DNA from: Malacoraja senta
Taxonomy: Eukaryota
Assembly (NCBI GenBank): GCA_038087875.1
Contig: JAXLNO010000366.1
Span: forward strand, 1-64,000
DNA: 64,000 nucleotides
Direction: 5' to 3'
Shown here piece by piece: positions 50,512-63,686 of the stretch (the first letter of the stretch is position 1; every line of letters starts with the position of its first letter). Under the pieces are notes generated by a model. It was not told where the DNA came from, did no database searches, and saw only the letters and a list, made by a program, of their open reading frames with translations. Both the position numbers and the translations under genes were made by a program.

Positions 50512-52249
50512 ATTACAGATGAGAAAATCCAAAGAAATTTGCAATGGCTCCTCTCGTAGATCCTCTGAGGTACTTCACAATTGATGGGGTAGGACTCTGG
50601 GGAGAGACAAGCAAATAAAAACAATCTTAAAAATCAACATGTTTTTGACCTGTAAGATTAACTCTTTCCACAGATGCTGCCTGACCTGCTGACTATTTCA
50701 GCATTTTCTGTTGTAATAAGCCTCTAGTCCTTTATAATGAGACCCTGCACCTGTCAGACAACAGCAGGGTATTTGTTCTCATGCACAAAGCTCCACACAG
50801 CTCAATAAGCTGTCTATATGTGGATTCACCTGCAGCATTAGGAGGAGCTGCTCTCTCCCTGTGACCTTGCATAGGGGAATGGAATACCCCTGAGCTCCTC
50901 CTTCAGTGAAGAACCAGAGCTGGAGTGGCAGAAGCCTTGAGGAAATCTGCGTCTGCAGCATTGAGTGGATTAATTAAAGCTTCAACAAATGCCATTTTTG
51001 TTGTCAACATATTCAATTAACGTGTCCCTAGGAGATTGGATTTGGGTTTATGGACAAATAAGAATTCTTGCATTTCATTGCCTTTGCACTCTTTTCTTCA
51101 GAGCTTTTTAATATTCAAGGCAACAATAAGCACAATATTGTCATCTGGTGCAGCTCAACTTCTGCTCATTCTCTGTGCGTATCTGAGGGTGTGTTCGAAC
51201 AAAACTGCCTTCTTTATTCTCTCTTTGGTGCGCCTTCCATTTCATATTCCTCGGGCCCTGGAGACACTTATAATGCTGGTATATCTGTTCCAATCCCTCT
51301 GGAGAATCTGCTTTAAAGTGCTGCTTGTTCTATCACATTTCTTCAAGCAATATCATTAATATTCCTTTTGTGAGAGGCATAGGTTTACCCACTCCAATCT
51401 GCCAGGTGTTTTGATCACATTCCCCCAAGCCACAGTCTGGACCCTGTATGGTTCTCCAAACGGACCAGCAAATGTCAACAAGTTTGCATGGATTGCCAAG
51501 CATCAGCTAGAGAGGGTCAAAAGAAGAAAAAAGCAGCAGAGGAGATAAACGTCAATGCTGGACTCAATTGTTTGTGATATATTTTCAATGTATTTTTGTT
51601 CTTCCTTTGTGGTTGCCAGTAGCTAATTGACAAAGGAGGTCAGTGGTTCATTCTGGAGGCATGAACACTAAATCTACAATGATGTCCCAGTGCAGAGTCA
51701 AGGAGGTGACTCACTTCTGCAGGTGCTGTCTTAAGAATGAGACGACAGGCTGAGGCCATGTAACTCTGTCAGCAAAAAGACATGCCGTGGGACAAACAAA
51801 GCGGTGTTGGCTTACAAGTAACCCAACACCGCTGAAGAAGCCAGGATTTATGGTTTTAAAGGAAGTGGCTGACAAAGGGAACAGTTTTGAGTGAACAAAG
51901 GCAGAAGCAACAATTTCATGAGCGGATAAGATGGACACAGATGGGAGCAAGATATCCTTTTGACACTGGGGATGTGTGGGGCAGAAATTCAGTTCAGTAT
52001 CAGTTCACAAACCAACCCAGGAGATGGTCTCATTCACCCCTGACACTGGCCAGTGACTGGCAAGAAGTCTGACCAGGGAATGGACTGCACACATTGGCCA
52101 GGCCTATGCTGGGTCCTGCTATATGTTTTATGTACAAATGAGAAGAGAGCAGAAAAAATCTCTGGTTGAAATTGCCTGGCACATAGGCAGGGGCTGGAGT
52201 GTGGCAGCTTTAACTGACAACTAACCTCAGCTACTATAATCTTCGAAGT

Positions 52250-52335
52250 TATACAAAATGCTGGTGTAACTCAGCGGGACAGGCAGCATCTCTGGAGAGA
52301 AGGAATAGGTGACGTTTTGGGTTGGGACCCTTCAG
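52250..52335 (-). mobile_element. Penelope/MER6-like terminal fragment
   Basis: Matches 10160-10250. Confidence 0.75.
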
Positions 52336-52559
52336 ATCTTCAATGGACTGTGTCTATGATTGAACTATGGTCTTTGGCCTTTGGAGCATTATGGTTATCT
52401 ATTTATTGTATTTTTGGTTGTTATATACTATCTGTTCATTATTGTGCTTTCAGGCTGCTAAACTGCAGGAAATAAGTATTTCATTGCTCCATTGTCACTA
52501 CATACAATTATGCACCCTAGATTTAAGAAAATAGGAGTAATGCACATTTGAATGGAAGG

Positions 52560-53360
52560 GGCTGATTGCAGATTGAACGGCTTTGTGCAGGAAAAATCCT
52601 GTCTCACTAACTTGATCGTGTATTTTGAGGAGGTAATTAAGAAGAATGATGAAGGCAGGGTGGTAGACATTATCAATTTGGTCTTTGTTGAAGCATTAGA
52701 CAAGGTCTAACACACATGGTAGGCCTGTCCAGAAGGTTAAGGCACATTGAATCCAAGGCAAGATGGATAATTGGATGTAAAATTGGCAAAATGGCAACAC
52801 ACGTAGATTGGCTGCTGAGAAGGTATAGAACATCCTGTGGCGTCGGCCTATACACGGGCCACTTATGCTCGAACCCTCGTCAGGAAGTACGAGGGCGGGC
52901 ACGTGACGTCATGGGCTAGAGGGAGTGTCCTGGTACTTAAGGTCATCTCACCTCGAGACCTTAAGGTATTCAACCGGTAGCTGAGCCCGAGTGAACAACC
53001 TCGCTCAGCTACAGTAACTACAGTAACACTGTTATTATAGTTAGCGCCAACCTAACGTGTCACCATTGAATAAACGACTCTTTGAACCGGCCTGATGTCT
53101 CACCTTTATTCACCACGTTTGGTGCCGCTACAATCCTTTCCTTCATAACTCAAGGCAAAGGATATAAAAGTTAGGAAATTATGCTGGATAGACGTTAGAT
53201 TGTGTGCAGTTCTATTGACCACACACAAGGAAGAAAGCTGTTTCCCTGGACGGAGTGTAGACAGATTCACCAAGGACGCCTGGGTTGGAGGAATTTGGTT
53301 ATGGGGGAAGAATGGCTAGGAAGGGCCCATTTCTGTGCTGTATAATTCTATGGCTCTACA
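52560..53360 (+). mobile_element. Old CR1 remnant hosting a solo LTR
   Basis: GKSCLTNL..FEEV and ALDKV motifs; tail near 53320-53360. Confidence 0.7.
52836..53132 (+). mobile_element. Solo LTR (297 bp)
   Basis: TGTGGCG...CGCTACA ends; 4-bp TSD ATCC; AATAAA at 53069-53074; CpG-rich. Confidence 0.88.
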
Positions 53361-53364
53361 ACTT

Positions 53365-54435
53365 TGTAACTCAAGTGATCAATCCGAACACAAGCCGGTT
53401 GAAGAAAATTGCAATTGAATTGCATTTTTACCTGGAACAACTCTCTGGATGGTGGGAACGGAAGAGGTGAAGGGACAGGTGTTGCTCCTGGTGTGGTTGC
53501 ATGGGAAGTGTTCTATGGCAGGAAGTATTAGGTGGAGGTGGAAGAGCAGATGAGGGAAACAAGAGACAAGAGCTCCCTTCAAAACGCTGAAAGGGGAGGT
53601 AAGGGAAATAAATGTTTGGCAGTGGAATCTTGTTTGATCTGGCGGAGATTGTGGAAGAGCATCCGTGTAATGTGGAGGCTGGTGGGGTGGAGGGTAGGGA
53701 CCGGGTTAAGACACTGTCCTTACTCTGTCCAGGAGGAGGAGGGTTGGGAGAGGAGGTGCAGGAAACACGGTCCACAGCGTCACAGGGGAACAGTGTTGCC
53801 CAATTCAGAAATCAAAATTACATTGCAGACAAGAAGCCAAACACAGAGCAGGCGACTGCTTTGCCGAGCAACAGTGCGCAGTCGGCAGAGGTGACCCTGA
53901 GCTTCTGGCTGTCTGCTATTTTGATTCACCGTCCCACTCTCACTGACCCCGTCTGTGGCCTCCTGCATGGGTACAATGAGGCCCAATGTGAGCTTGAGGA
54001 ACAGTACCTCATTTTTATTGTCTGGGCACATTGCAGTCTGCTGAACTCAATATTTAATTCTCCAAGTACAGATAACTTGCTCTTTCTTTCTGTTTTGCAT
54101 CATTTTGTGATTTGTTTCTATCCATTTTGTGCCTGCCTTTTCTCTCCCCCCTCTTTTGTTTTCATTCCACCTTTTTTCCCTTTTATTTATATAATTCTGG
54201 CCTGCTCAGCACAATGCCCAGTCGCCCAGGCCACACACCATTACCCGAACTTCACAACATTAGCAATACATTGCGCAGACAAAAGAGCTCAACTGCCCAT
54301 TCAATGGCTCTCCATCATTTCATCCCATTACTGACATCCTCTTTGTTCCACCCACGGCTCTCACCCATCTTCACGGCGAGTTCTCTCTTTCTCAGTTCTG
54401 ATGAAGGGTCGCGGAGATGAAATGTTAACCGTTTC
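53365..54435. mobile_element. Two old Penelope-like fragments in opposite orientation (about 53365-53780 minus; about 53920-54435 plus)
   Basis: Linker remnants on minus; GLLH..NEAQ..LEEQ.LIF on plus; decayed CTGATGAAGGGTC..GAAATGTT near 54398. Confidence 0.65.
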
Positions 54436-54867
54436 CCTCTCAACCAGTTTTCTGATTTCCATCTTATTCTCCCTGCATTCCCATCAACTTCCCACCGATT
54501 CTACCAAACGACTCCATCCTCTTCGCTGCTCACAGCAGCCAACTAACTTAACAACCCATGGGATGTGGGTGAAAACTGGAACACTGGGAGGAAACCCACA
54601 TGGTCACAGGGACAATGTACAAACCTCACATAGAAAACACTGGAGATTGACACCGAACCTGGACTGCAGTGGGTCAATAGTTCTACTCGCTTTGTTACTG
54701 TGCTACCTAGTTACCTTCTGAGGCTGCTCCACAACATTCCCCTCTGCATACTAGCTGCATACCACCATGAAATATGTCATCAGTCCTGCCTCATCCCTGG
54801 GATTCAATGGTGGAACTCCTGCCTCAATAGCTTTTGTGAGAGCACCTTCCCCAGAGGGGACTGCAAT

Positions 54868-55767
54868 AGGTAGCACAGTGGCGCAGTGGTGGAGTTGCTG
54901 CCTTACAGCGCCAGAGACCTGGGTTAGATCCTGACTACAGGTACTGTCTGCATGGAGTTTGTATGTTCTCCCTGTGACAGCGTGGGTTTTCTCTGGGTGC
55001 TCCAGTTTCCTCCCACACTCCAAAGATGTACAGGTTTGTAGGTTAATTGACGTCAGTAAAAGTGTCCCTAGGATAGTGTTAAGGCCCTGTCCCACTTACG
55101 TGTCCTTGGCATGCAAGTTACGCGACCTCGTCGTCGCGTGGAGGCGCATGGGCATTGTGTGGCCGCGCGGGGCCGGTCCCACTGAGAAGCGCGGAGGGGT
55201 ATGGAGTTGTGCGCGGTATCGCGCGGCGCTCCGAAATTTTGTACCGAACAAAATCTTTGCACGCCAACGCCCTGTCGAGTAACCGACGGCCAAAGTGGGA
55301 CAGGCCCAAGACCATGGCGCGACGCAACGTCTCACCTCCAACAGCAGCAGAGGCAGGCAAACGATCGCCGAGCTCGGCCTGGGGCTCACGGCCGTTGCGG
55401 TCCGGATCCGCCCCCAACTCCTACTCCCAGAGCGGGGCCAAGAAAATTGAAGATAGACACAAAATGCTGGAGTAACTCAGTCTTTCAGACTGAAGAAGCG
55501 TCTCGACCCGAAACATCATCCATTCCTTCTCTCCAGAGATGCTGCCAGTCCCGCTGAGTTACTCCAGCATTTTGTGTCCATCTTCAAATGACGTCACGCG
55601 CTCCAGACGGCTATGCAGATGCATGAAGTCGCGCGCGACCTTCGCGGGACCATCGCGCCTCAACGCGACCACGAGGTCGCGTAATTAGCGTGCCAAGGAC
55701 ACGTAAGTGGGACAGGGGCTTTAGTGTGCAGGGCTTATTTCCATGCTGTATCTCTAAAGTCTAAAGT
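54868..55767 (+). mobile_element. V-SINE split by a MITE
   Basis: Intact head and V-domain; resumes after 55723. Confidence 0.87.
55082..55720. mobile_element. Composite Harbinger-type MITE
   Basis: TIR ..CCCTGTCCCACTTACGTGTCCTTGGCA; TTA TSD at 55079-55081 and 55721-55723. Confidence 0.92.
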
Positions 55768-56659
55768 TCAAGGAGGTGGCTCACCAATACATATAAGGAT
55801 AGGTAATAAATGCAACCTGGTAACTGATGCCAAATTCTGAACATTTAAGAACTAATTGATCGTATTAGGTAGTAATTGCAGCTGCTTATTCCTTCAGAGA
55901 GTATGCAGATTACAGGGGGTGGGCGTCCAAAATATTTCGGGGCTACACACTGATAACACTTTTTTTTAATCAATTCACTTTTTGTATCTTGGAACTGCTG
56001 AATAGATCACCATTTATTGCTCATTCCTAATTGTTATTGAATGGTTTGCAAGGCCACTTCAGGCGGTTTACGGTACGGAAACGGTACGGAAAGGGAAGGA
56101 TGGCAGGCTTCTTCCCGCAAAGGACACAAGTGAACCAGAGGTATTTTTAAGACATTTTTGTGGTCATCATTACAAAATAATATCTTTTTTTGATTTCCGG
56201 GTTACAAGTATACTTTAATTTATGAATATGCAATTCATGATTTTTTTTTTGTTATATTGTAGTTCATTCTTTAAGTTGCATGTCATTGAATGATGACGCT
56301 TTTCTCAATGTAATGAAAAACTCTTGATTTTGGGTGGCAGAGGGAGAGAAAGAGAGATTCTATTGATATTTGTAAAAGCAGAAATTGAAATCCCAGGTGT
56401 GTCTATACCAACAAAGATTTCTTCCCATTAGATAGAGAGTTGCAATGAACTATACTGCTCTTTATACAGAGTATTGACTAAACTACCTTTTGCAAGAAAA
56501 CACAGTCCACAGACATGTTTGGCTCAACACAACTGACTATTGGAAACAGACTCAATTGGTTATTAAATTGGATGTGCATCATACAGAGATTACATAATGG
56601 AGAGATTGGAATAAGAGTTTGAAAATCTAAATCAACCACGTATCCCTTGAGTTTCATAA

Positions 56660-57100
56660 TAAGGACATGGATGTTTTGGAGAGAGTGTAGAGGAGTTTTA
56701 CCAGAATGCTGTCTGTATTAGAGAGTATCTAATATAAGGAGAGTTTGGACAAACTCGGATTGTTTTCTCTGGAGTGTCGGAGGCTGAGGGGAGATTAAGA
56801 GAAATATATAGGGTAGATAGAAATTATTTCCCCAGGGTGGTAATGTCAAAGACTAGAGGGCATAGCTTTATGATGAAAGGGGCAAAGTTTAATGGTGATG
56901 TGCCGTTTTTGCACTAAAAAGTGCATTGCCGGTGGTGGTGGTGGAGGCAGATACATTAAGGGAATTTTAGAGGCTTTTATATTGCACATGGATATGCAGG
57001 GAATAGATGGACATGAATCATGTGCAAGGAGAGGAGATTAGTTTAACTTGGCATGGGGAACATGAGCCAAAGTGGGGAACATGAGTCTGCGCTGTACCAT
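56660..57100 (+). mobile_element. CR1 3' fragment
   Basis: Decayed LERV.RSFTRML, LGLFSLECRRLRG. Confidence 0.78.
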
Positions 57101-57762
57101 ACACCTTCAGATCCCTGATCTCTCAAGCCACTTTTGCTGAGACCCTAGGATGGAGGCATGGGCTTCTTCAAATTTTAGCCCCATTAAAAAAAAAAAATTC
57201 TCATTATATAAATTGATTTACGTTTCTCACTTCCTTTCTCCTCTTCTTCATTTATTATTATTGGAATGCTGTTGCTGGCTTCTACGATGGAGGCCCAGCC
57301 TAAATCATTATTGAGGATCTTTGCCATTTTCTGTTTCCTTAGTGGGATTATTTCCTTAGCGATCAATGATCATTACAGCTAATCTCTTCCTTCGAACATT
57401 CCTGCAGAAACTCTTGCTGTCTGTTTCTATATTATGGGCTTGTTTGCTCTCATGCTCTATGTTCATCTTTATAACATTATACCTAATTACTTGCTGGTTT
57501 CTAAAAGTTTCCTAATCCTCTTGTAAACCACTAATCTTTGAAAATTGGAAGGCATTGCACATAGCTATATCTAAAATAATGTGCTCCCTGGTTGATTTCT
57601 CAAAGTATTGCATGAAAACAAAACATCCTAAGTATAAGAGCTCATCATCAGGATTATCTTCCCCGTTGCATTTACGCAATCTACATGGTGATTAAAATTA
57701 TGGATAGGGAACAAGTACAATGGCGGCAGAAAATAATACTGGAGATTTTAGGGGAGATTAAG

Positions 57763-58062
57763 GGGCAGCACGGTAGCGCAGCGGTAGAGTTGCTGGCTTA
57801 CAGCCCTTACAGCACCAGAAACCCGTGTTTGATCCTGACTATGGGTGCTGTCTGTATGGAGTTTTTACGTTCTCCCTGTGACCACGTGGGTTTTCTCCGA
57901 GATCTTTAGTTTCCCCCCACAGTCCAAAGACGAACAGGTTTGTAAGTTAATTGGCTTGGTATGAATGTAAAATTGTCCCTAGTGTGTGGGATCGCTGGTC
58001 GGCGCGGATTCGGTGGGTCGAAGGGCCTGTTTCCACGCTGTATCTCTGAACTAAACTAAACT
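57763..58062 (+). mobile_element. V-SINE (HE1-like)
   Basis: tRNA head, V-domain, (CTAAA)n tail. Confidence 0.9.
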
Positions 58063-58261
58063 GGAATGTGTTTACTCTCTTGAAAAGGAACTTAACATGG
58101 AAAAGGATGCCTCATGTACATTGATCTCGAGAAAACTGCTCCAGACTATGAGGCAGCTAAAGATCACATTAATTTTCTTTGGAATTAATAATAAGGGTGA
58201 TTATAATTTTTAGACTTTAGACTTTAGAGAAACAGCACACAAACAAGCCCTTCGGCCAATT

Positions 58262-58733
58262 TCTATTGAGGGAGTTCGGCGTAGGTTTACAAGGTTAATT
58301 CCGGGATGGCGGGACTGTCATATGTTGAGAGAATTGAGTGGCTGGGAATGTATACTCTGGAGTTTAGAAGGAGGAGAGGGGATCTATTGAAACATATACG
58401 ATTATTAAAGGTTTGGACATGCTAAAGGCATGATGTTGAGGGAGTCCAGAACCAGGGGCCACAGTTTAAGAATAAGCGGTAAGCCATTTAGAACGGAGAC
58501 GAGCAAACACTTTTTCTCACAGAGAGTTGTGAGTCTGTGGAATTCTCTGCCTCATAGGGCAGTGGAGGCTGGTTCTCTGGATACTTTCAAGAGAGGGCTC
58601 TTAAAGATAGGGGATACCGGGAGAAGGCAGGAACGGGGTACTGATTTGGGATGATCAGCCATGATCACATTGAATGGCGGTGCTGGCTCGAAGGGCCGAA
58701 TGGCCTACTCCTGCACCTATTGTCTGTTGTCTA
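58262..58733 (+). mobile_element. CR1 3' fragment
   Basis: Same subfamily as 22490-22992. Confidence 0.88.
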
Positions 58734-58777
58734 ATTGAATACGCTGACCAGCTATTACCTCACACACTAACCTGTAA

Positions 58778-59568
58778 TGGGCCTGTCCCACTTAGGCAAC
58801 TTTTTAGGCGACTGCAAGATACTATGCAGTCGCCACATGGTTGCCACATGTTCGCGGGTGGTTGCCGGGGAGTCGCCTTCATGGTCGTGAGGAGTTCCCG
58901 CATTCTGGGAACTAGTCACGGCCACATTATGGTCGCCGTGAATTTTTCAACATGTTGAAAAATTAGTGGCGAATAGAATGAAGCCGCCATGGAGAGTAGC
59001 GAGAATTCTCGAGCCGTAGGTGGGTCGCCAGGAGGTCCTAGTGGGTTGCCAGGAGGTCGAAGGTTCTCGTAGGTTCTCGTAGGTTGTAGCTGGTGCTGAC
59101 CAGTGAATTTCATTGGCTCATTGGAGAAAAAAAAGGTAAGCAGTAGTTTTCAGAAACAAGGATAACCGACCGGTAATGTTAAATGTCCGCCGAGCTTCAC
59201 AGTCGTGTATCTCTGGCTTCTTAAAAGTTGTCTCCACTCCTTCTCCCCCCTTCTCTCCCCCTTTCTCCCCCCCCTCTCTTAAAGGACTTACCGTACACTG
59301 TGCTTTAGCCGTCTTTTTACAGCGCCAACCTTCCTGTTCATCGCGGTGTGTGTCTGTATCACTTTGGCTTTGCATCGTGTGAATTTTTTAGACAGGGCAA
59401 GTGGGGGAAGCGTTGTCTAAAATATTTACATGGGTGGTGTAGGAAGCGATGTGTTTGTGTGTTTCACTCTGACAGTCACCGTTCCAGTTCCCGCTTTTTC
59501 AGGCGACTACCGGCAACTTTACAGTCGCCGGCAGTCCGCTGAAAAATCGCCGAAGTGGGACAGGCCCA
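58778..59568. mobile_element. Harbinger-type MITE
   Basis: TIR TGGGCCTGTCCCACTT; TAA TSD at 58775-58777 and 59569-59571. Confidence 0.92.
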
Positions 59569-59821
59569 TAACTCTAACCTGTAACACTAACATTTAATTA
59601 ACATTAAAATGTTTATTAAAAATTGCAAATAGGACTGCTTCAGATTGACCAAACTCTCATTTGCATCAGATGATCTATCTAAACCTTTGAACATTAATCC
59701 ACATCAACTGCGATACCTATATGTGTTGACTTTTCACATCTTTGGTGTAACTCTGCAGATGAATGGAAGACATACTATAGCAAATATCCCAGCAATCGAG
59801 GTTATTGAGCTAAATCAAAGA

Positions 59822-60056
59822 TACTTTAGAGAAACAGGGCGGAAACAAGTCCTTCGGACCTCCGCATTTTACCAAAGCCAATTAACCTGCGAACCTACAA
59901 ACCTGAGTATGGGAGGAAACCAGAGCACCTGGAGAAAACCCACGCAGTCAGAGGGAGAATGTACAAACTTCATACAGAGAGCACCCGTAGTCAAGATCGC
60001 ACCCAGATCTCTGGCGGCGTAAGGCAGCACCTCTACCATTATGCCACTGTGCTGCC
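59822..60056 (-). mobile_element. V-SINE (HE1-like)
   Basis: tRNA head and V-domain on minus. Confidence 0.83.
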
Positions 60057-60085
60057 CTGTGGCTGTTGGCCTTGTGTGTGAATTT

Positions 60086-61050
60086 ATAACCATATAACAA
60101 TTACAGCATGGAAACAGGCCATCTCGGCCCTTCTAGTCCGTGCCGAACACTTACTCTCACCTAGTCCCATCTACCTGCACTCAGACCATAACCCTCCATT
60201 CCTTTCCCGTCCATATACCTATCCAATTTATTTTTAAATGATAAAATCGAACCTGCCTCCGCCACTTCCACTGGAAGCTCATTCCACACAGCTACCACTC
60301 TCTGAGTAAAGAAGTTCCCCCTCATGTTACCCCTAAACTTTTGTCCCTTAATTCTCAAATCATCTTGTTTGTAACTTCCCTACTCTCAATGGAAAAAGCT
60401 TATCCACGTCAACTCTGTCTATCCCTCTCATAATTTTAAAGGCCTCTATCAAGTCCCCCCTTAACCTTCTGCGCTCCAAAGAATAAAGACCTATCTTGTT
60501 CAACCTTTCTCTGTAACTTAGGTGCTGAAACCCAGGCAACATTCTAGTAAATCTCCTCTGTACTCTCTCTATTTTGTTGGCGACCAAAATTGTACACCAT
60601 ACTCCAGAATTGGCCTCACCAATGCCTTGTACAATTTTAACATTACATCCCAACTTCTATACTCAATGCTCTGATTTATAAAGACCAGCACACTGAAAGC
60701 TTTCTTTACCACCCTATCTACATGAGATTCCACCTTCAGGGAACTATGCACAGTTAATCCTAGATCCCTTTGTTCAACTGCATTCCTCAATTCGCTACCA
60801 TTTACCATGTACGTCCTATTTTGATTTGTCCTGCCAAGATGTAGCACCTCACACTTATCAGCATTAAACTCCATCTGCCATCTTTCAGCCCACTCTTCCA
60901 AATGGCCTAAATCTCTCTGTAGACTTTGAAAATCTACTTCATTATCCACAACACCACCTATCTTAGTATCATCTGCATACTTACTAATCCAATTTACTAC
61001 ACCATCATCCAGATCATTGATGTATATGACAAACAACAGTGGACCCAACA
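60086..61050 (-). mobile_element. CR1 LINE 3' part
   Basis: LGPLLFVIYINDL, KYADDTK, LVRPILEY, 3' UTR. Confidence 0.93.
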
Positions 61051-61862
61051 CCTCTTGGAATAAGGAATAAGTTTGTTACATCCAAATGCTTATTTTCCAT
61101 CAGGTCTACAGAACATGCAGGTCAGGTCCATGTGTATTAATTGACATTGGTATTAATAGCAAAGGAAGAGAACATGTGAATGTAAATGTTGACAATATAT
61201 TTCACGGTTATTCAGTGACACTCACTGACAGCGTTAGTTGAATTTACAAAGAATTTCCACAGAGCTTTTGGATGCAGCCAGTCCCATCAATCGCTCACAG
61301 TGGCAGCTTCTTTGGCAAAAAGTACATCTCCAATCAAAGTGTCATGCAACACTACCAATGCTATGTGCAAGACTCCACATGGCTTATACCTCCTATCTCC
61401 TCACCATCTGAACCACCTCCTATCTCCTCACCACCCCCTTGACCAGTCAATATAATGTACTGAAATAACAGCAAAGCCCTAAACTTTCTGTACAAATTCC
61501 GAGATACGCATGCTTGGAATAAAGCAAACCTAAAGAATAATGAACAAAACAGCCTTGTCTTGAAGTGGCAACTAGCCAGGCAAGAAGTGGTGGAAGAGGA
61601 AGGCCTAATTTATTCAATTCATCCCTGTAAAGAGGGGTTTATGACAAGATGGGTTCAGCTGCTGGGAGCCAGCAAGTACCTGAAAGGCTGAATGGCCTCC
61701 TTCTGTGCCATAACAAGTAAGTTCTGTTTCCAGTCCAGTCCCTCACAAGGCAGTTTTGTACTCAATGTTCTGATGCACTAAATAACAAATACAAGCAACT
61801 TACAGAAATATTTACTCGCAGCACGAGCTGCAAGAAACCAACAAATAATGCTCTGAAGAAAC

Positions 61863-63686
61863 TAGTAAGATTAAACGAGAACTTACCAGTTTGAAGTTTG
61901 ATCTGTATTTTATGAGGAGTTACGATGAGGGATTACGTGAAGAGCCCGTCCAGCACGCATGCGCGACATTCTTCAAAGCAGCGGTGTGGAATCACAGGAA
62001 ACACAATAATTGAAATAAACATAGTAAAGAAAAGGAGAACTAAGATACCAGTTGATCTATAATTGAGGGTGGGAGCGGAGGGCACGTAATCCCTCATCGT
62101 AACTCCTCATAAAATACAGATCAAACTTCAAACTGGTAAGTTCTCGTTTAATCTTACTATTTTACTTCGGAGTCACGTGAGTGACTACGTGAAGATTTTA
62201 AAGCTCTGTGATTTCAATCCGTGTAACAGTTCATACTTCACTCGCTGCTGAAGTCATTCAAGGGAGGAAGTATGTTATCGTAATCAACCATAATCTGTTT
62301 GTAAACAATAATGGTATCTATTAAACAATAACAAAAGACAAAATGCTCCCCCGGGCTTAAATTATATATTTTTGCAGATTTTAAAACTCTTTCTGCAAAT
62401 AACACAGGTTCTGCTAGCGGCTTGTGGTAGAACGTCTGGAACGTTTTCTCCATGTTCATTCTTTTAGCCGCCGATGTGGATGCTGCCCTGGTGGAGTGAG
62501 ATGTATATACATCAGTATCTACTCCAGCAGCTCCCAGTACCTGCTTGAGCCATCTCGAGATGGTTTGGCTCGACACCCAACCATGAGGTTTCTTGTGGCT
62601 GACCCATAAGGCTTTTTTTTTTTTTCCCTTCTCCCTCGAGAATCTCTTGTTGTGTTGATGTAAGTGAATAAGTGAGTCATGACACACAACCGTAGGTCAG
62701 GTGGGTATGCCCGGAAATCCATAACTAGGACTCAAGTTCCTGGCTTGCTCTGCTTTAGCAGCTCCTGAATGGTGAATGACCCGGTCTGGTGTTATAACCA
62801 TGTTGTCCAGTCGCAGTAAGTGGAGGGACTGGACTCTTTGTGCTGAGACTAGTGGCATCAGCATGACCGTTTTCAGGGTTAGCTTTTCCAGGGTGAGACC
62901 TGGCTGGGGACCATCCCCTTAGGTATGTCAGGACCACACTGACATCCCAGATTTGGGTATACCTAGGTCTAAGAGGGTTGGACTTGACGATACTCCTCAT
63001 GAGTTTGATCACCAGCGGTTGAGACCCTATGGCCTGTTGTCCTGGCACCTGTTTTAAGTAGGCTGGCAGTATTGATGGCGCTGTAACTCAATCCTTCATT
63101 ATGGTGAAGGCCCCCCAGGAACTCCAGTACATTGGTTATGGTTGCAGATGAGTATGTTGTCCCAGTAGTCGAGCAGTATCTTTCCCACTTCCTGATGCTC
63201 GATAGGTATTGTTTCCTGGTGGACATACGGTGTCATCATGTTGATGGTCCTGTCAGACACCCCAGTCCCAGCAGTGGTCTTTTGATAATCTGCAACCCAG
63301 TAGGTTAATTTTGTCATGGCATGGATGACTTATGCCTGATACAGGGTGCGTCAATAGGTCTGGGCTACTGGGAAAGGTCATAGGAGTTTCGATGACCATG
63401 TCGAGTACCACTGGGAACCATGGCTGTGTAGGCCAGTTGGTACTATCAAAATACCTGAAGCAGAGTCCATCTGTATTTTGCGTAGTACCCTACAGATTAA
63501 GGCAGAAGGGGGGAAAAGCATAGAAGAAATAGGTCCCCCAGTTCAGCGCGAATGCATCTATCGCTGCTGCCTCAGGGTGTGGTTCCCAAGGGACATACAT
63601 TGGTACGTGGTGATTTAGTCTGAATGCAAAGAGATCGATATCTGGTGTGCCATATTGGTTTGTAATTTTAGCAAAAGCTCTAGGAT
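61863..63686 (-). mobile_element. DIRS1-type element (copy 3, different subfamily): right terminus, ICR, YR and methyltransferase-like remnants
   Basis: Terminus about 61863-61940; ICR about 62083-62196; SHSTRAASTS, QTISRWLK, DAFALNW..YAFPPF. Confidence 0.92.

Noticed and set aside
50700..52200. Host protein-coding exons
   Set aside because: No recognisable protein similarity or convincing splice-bounded frame; small exons cannot be excluded.
53612..54334. 240-aa ORF
   Set aside because: Crosses antisense and sense Penelope fragments and low-complexity sequence.
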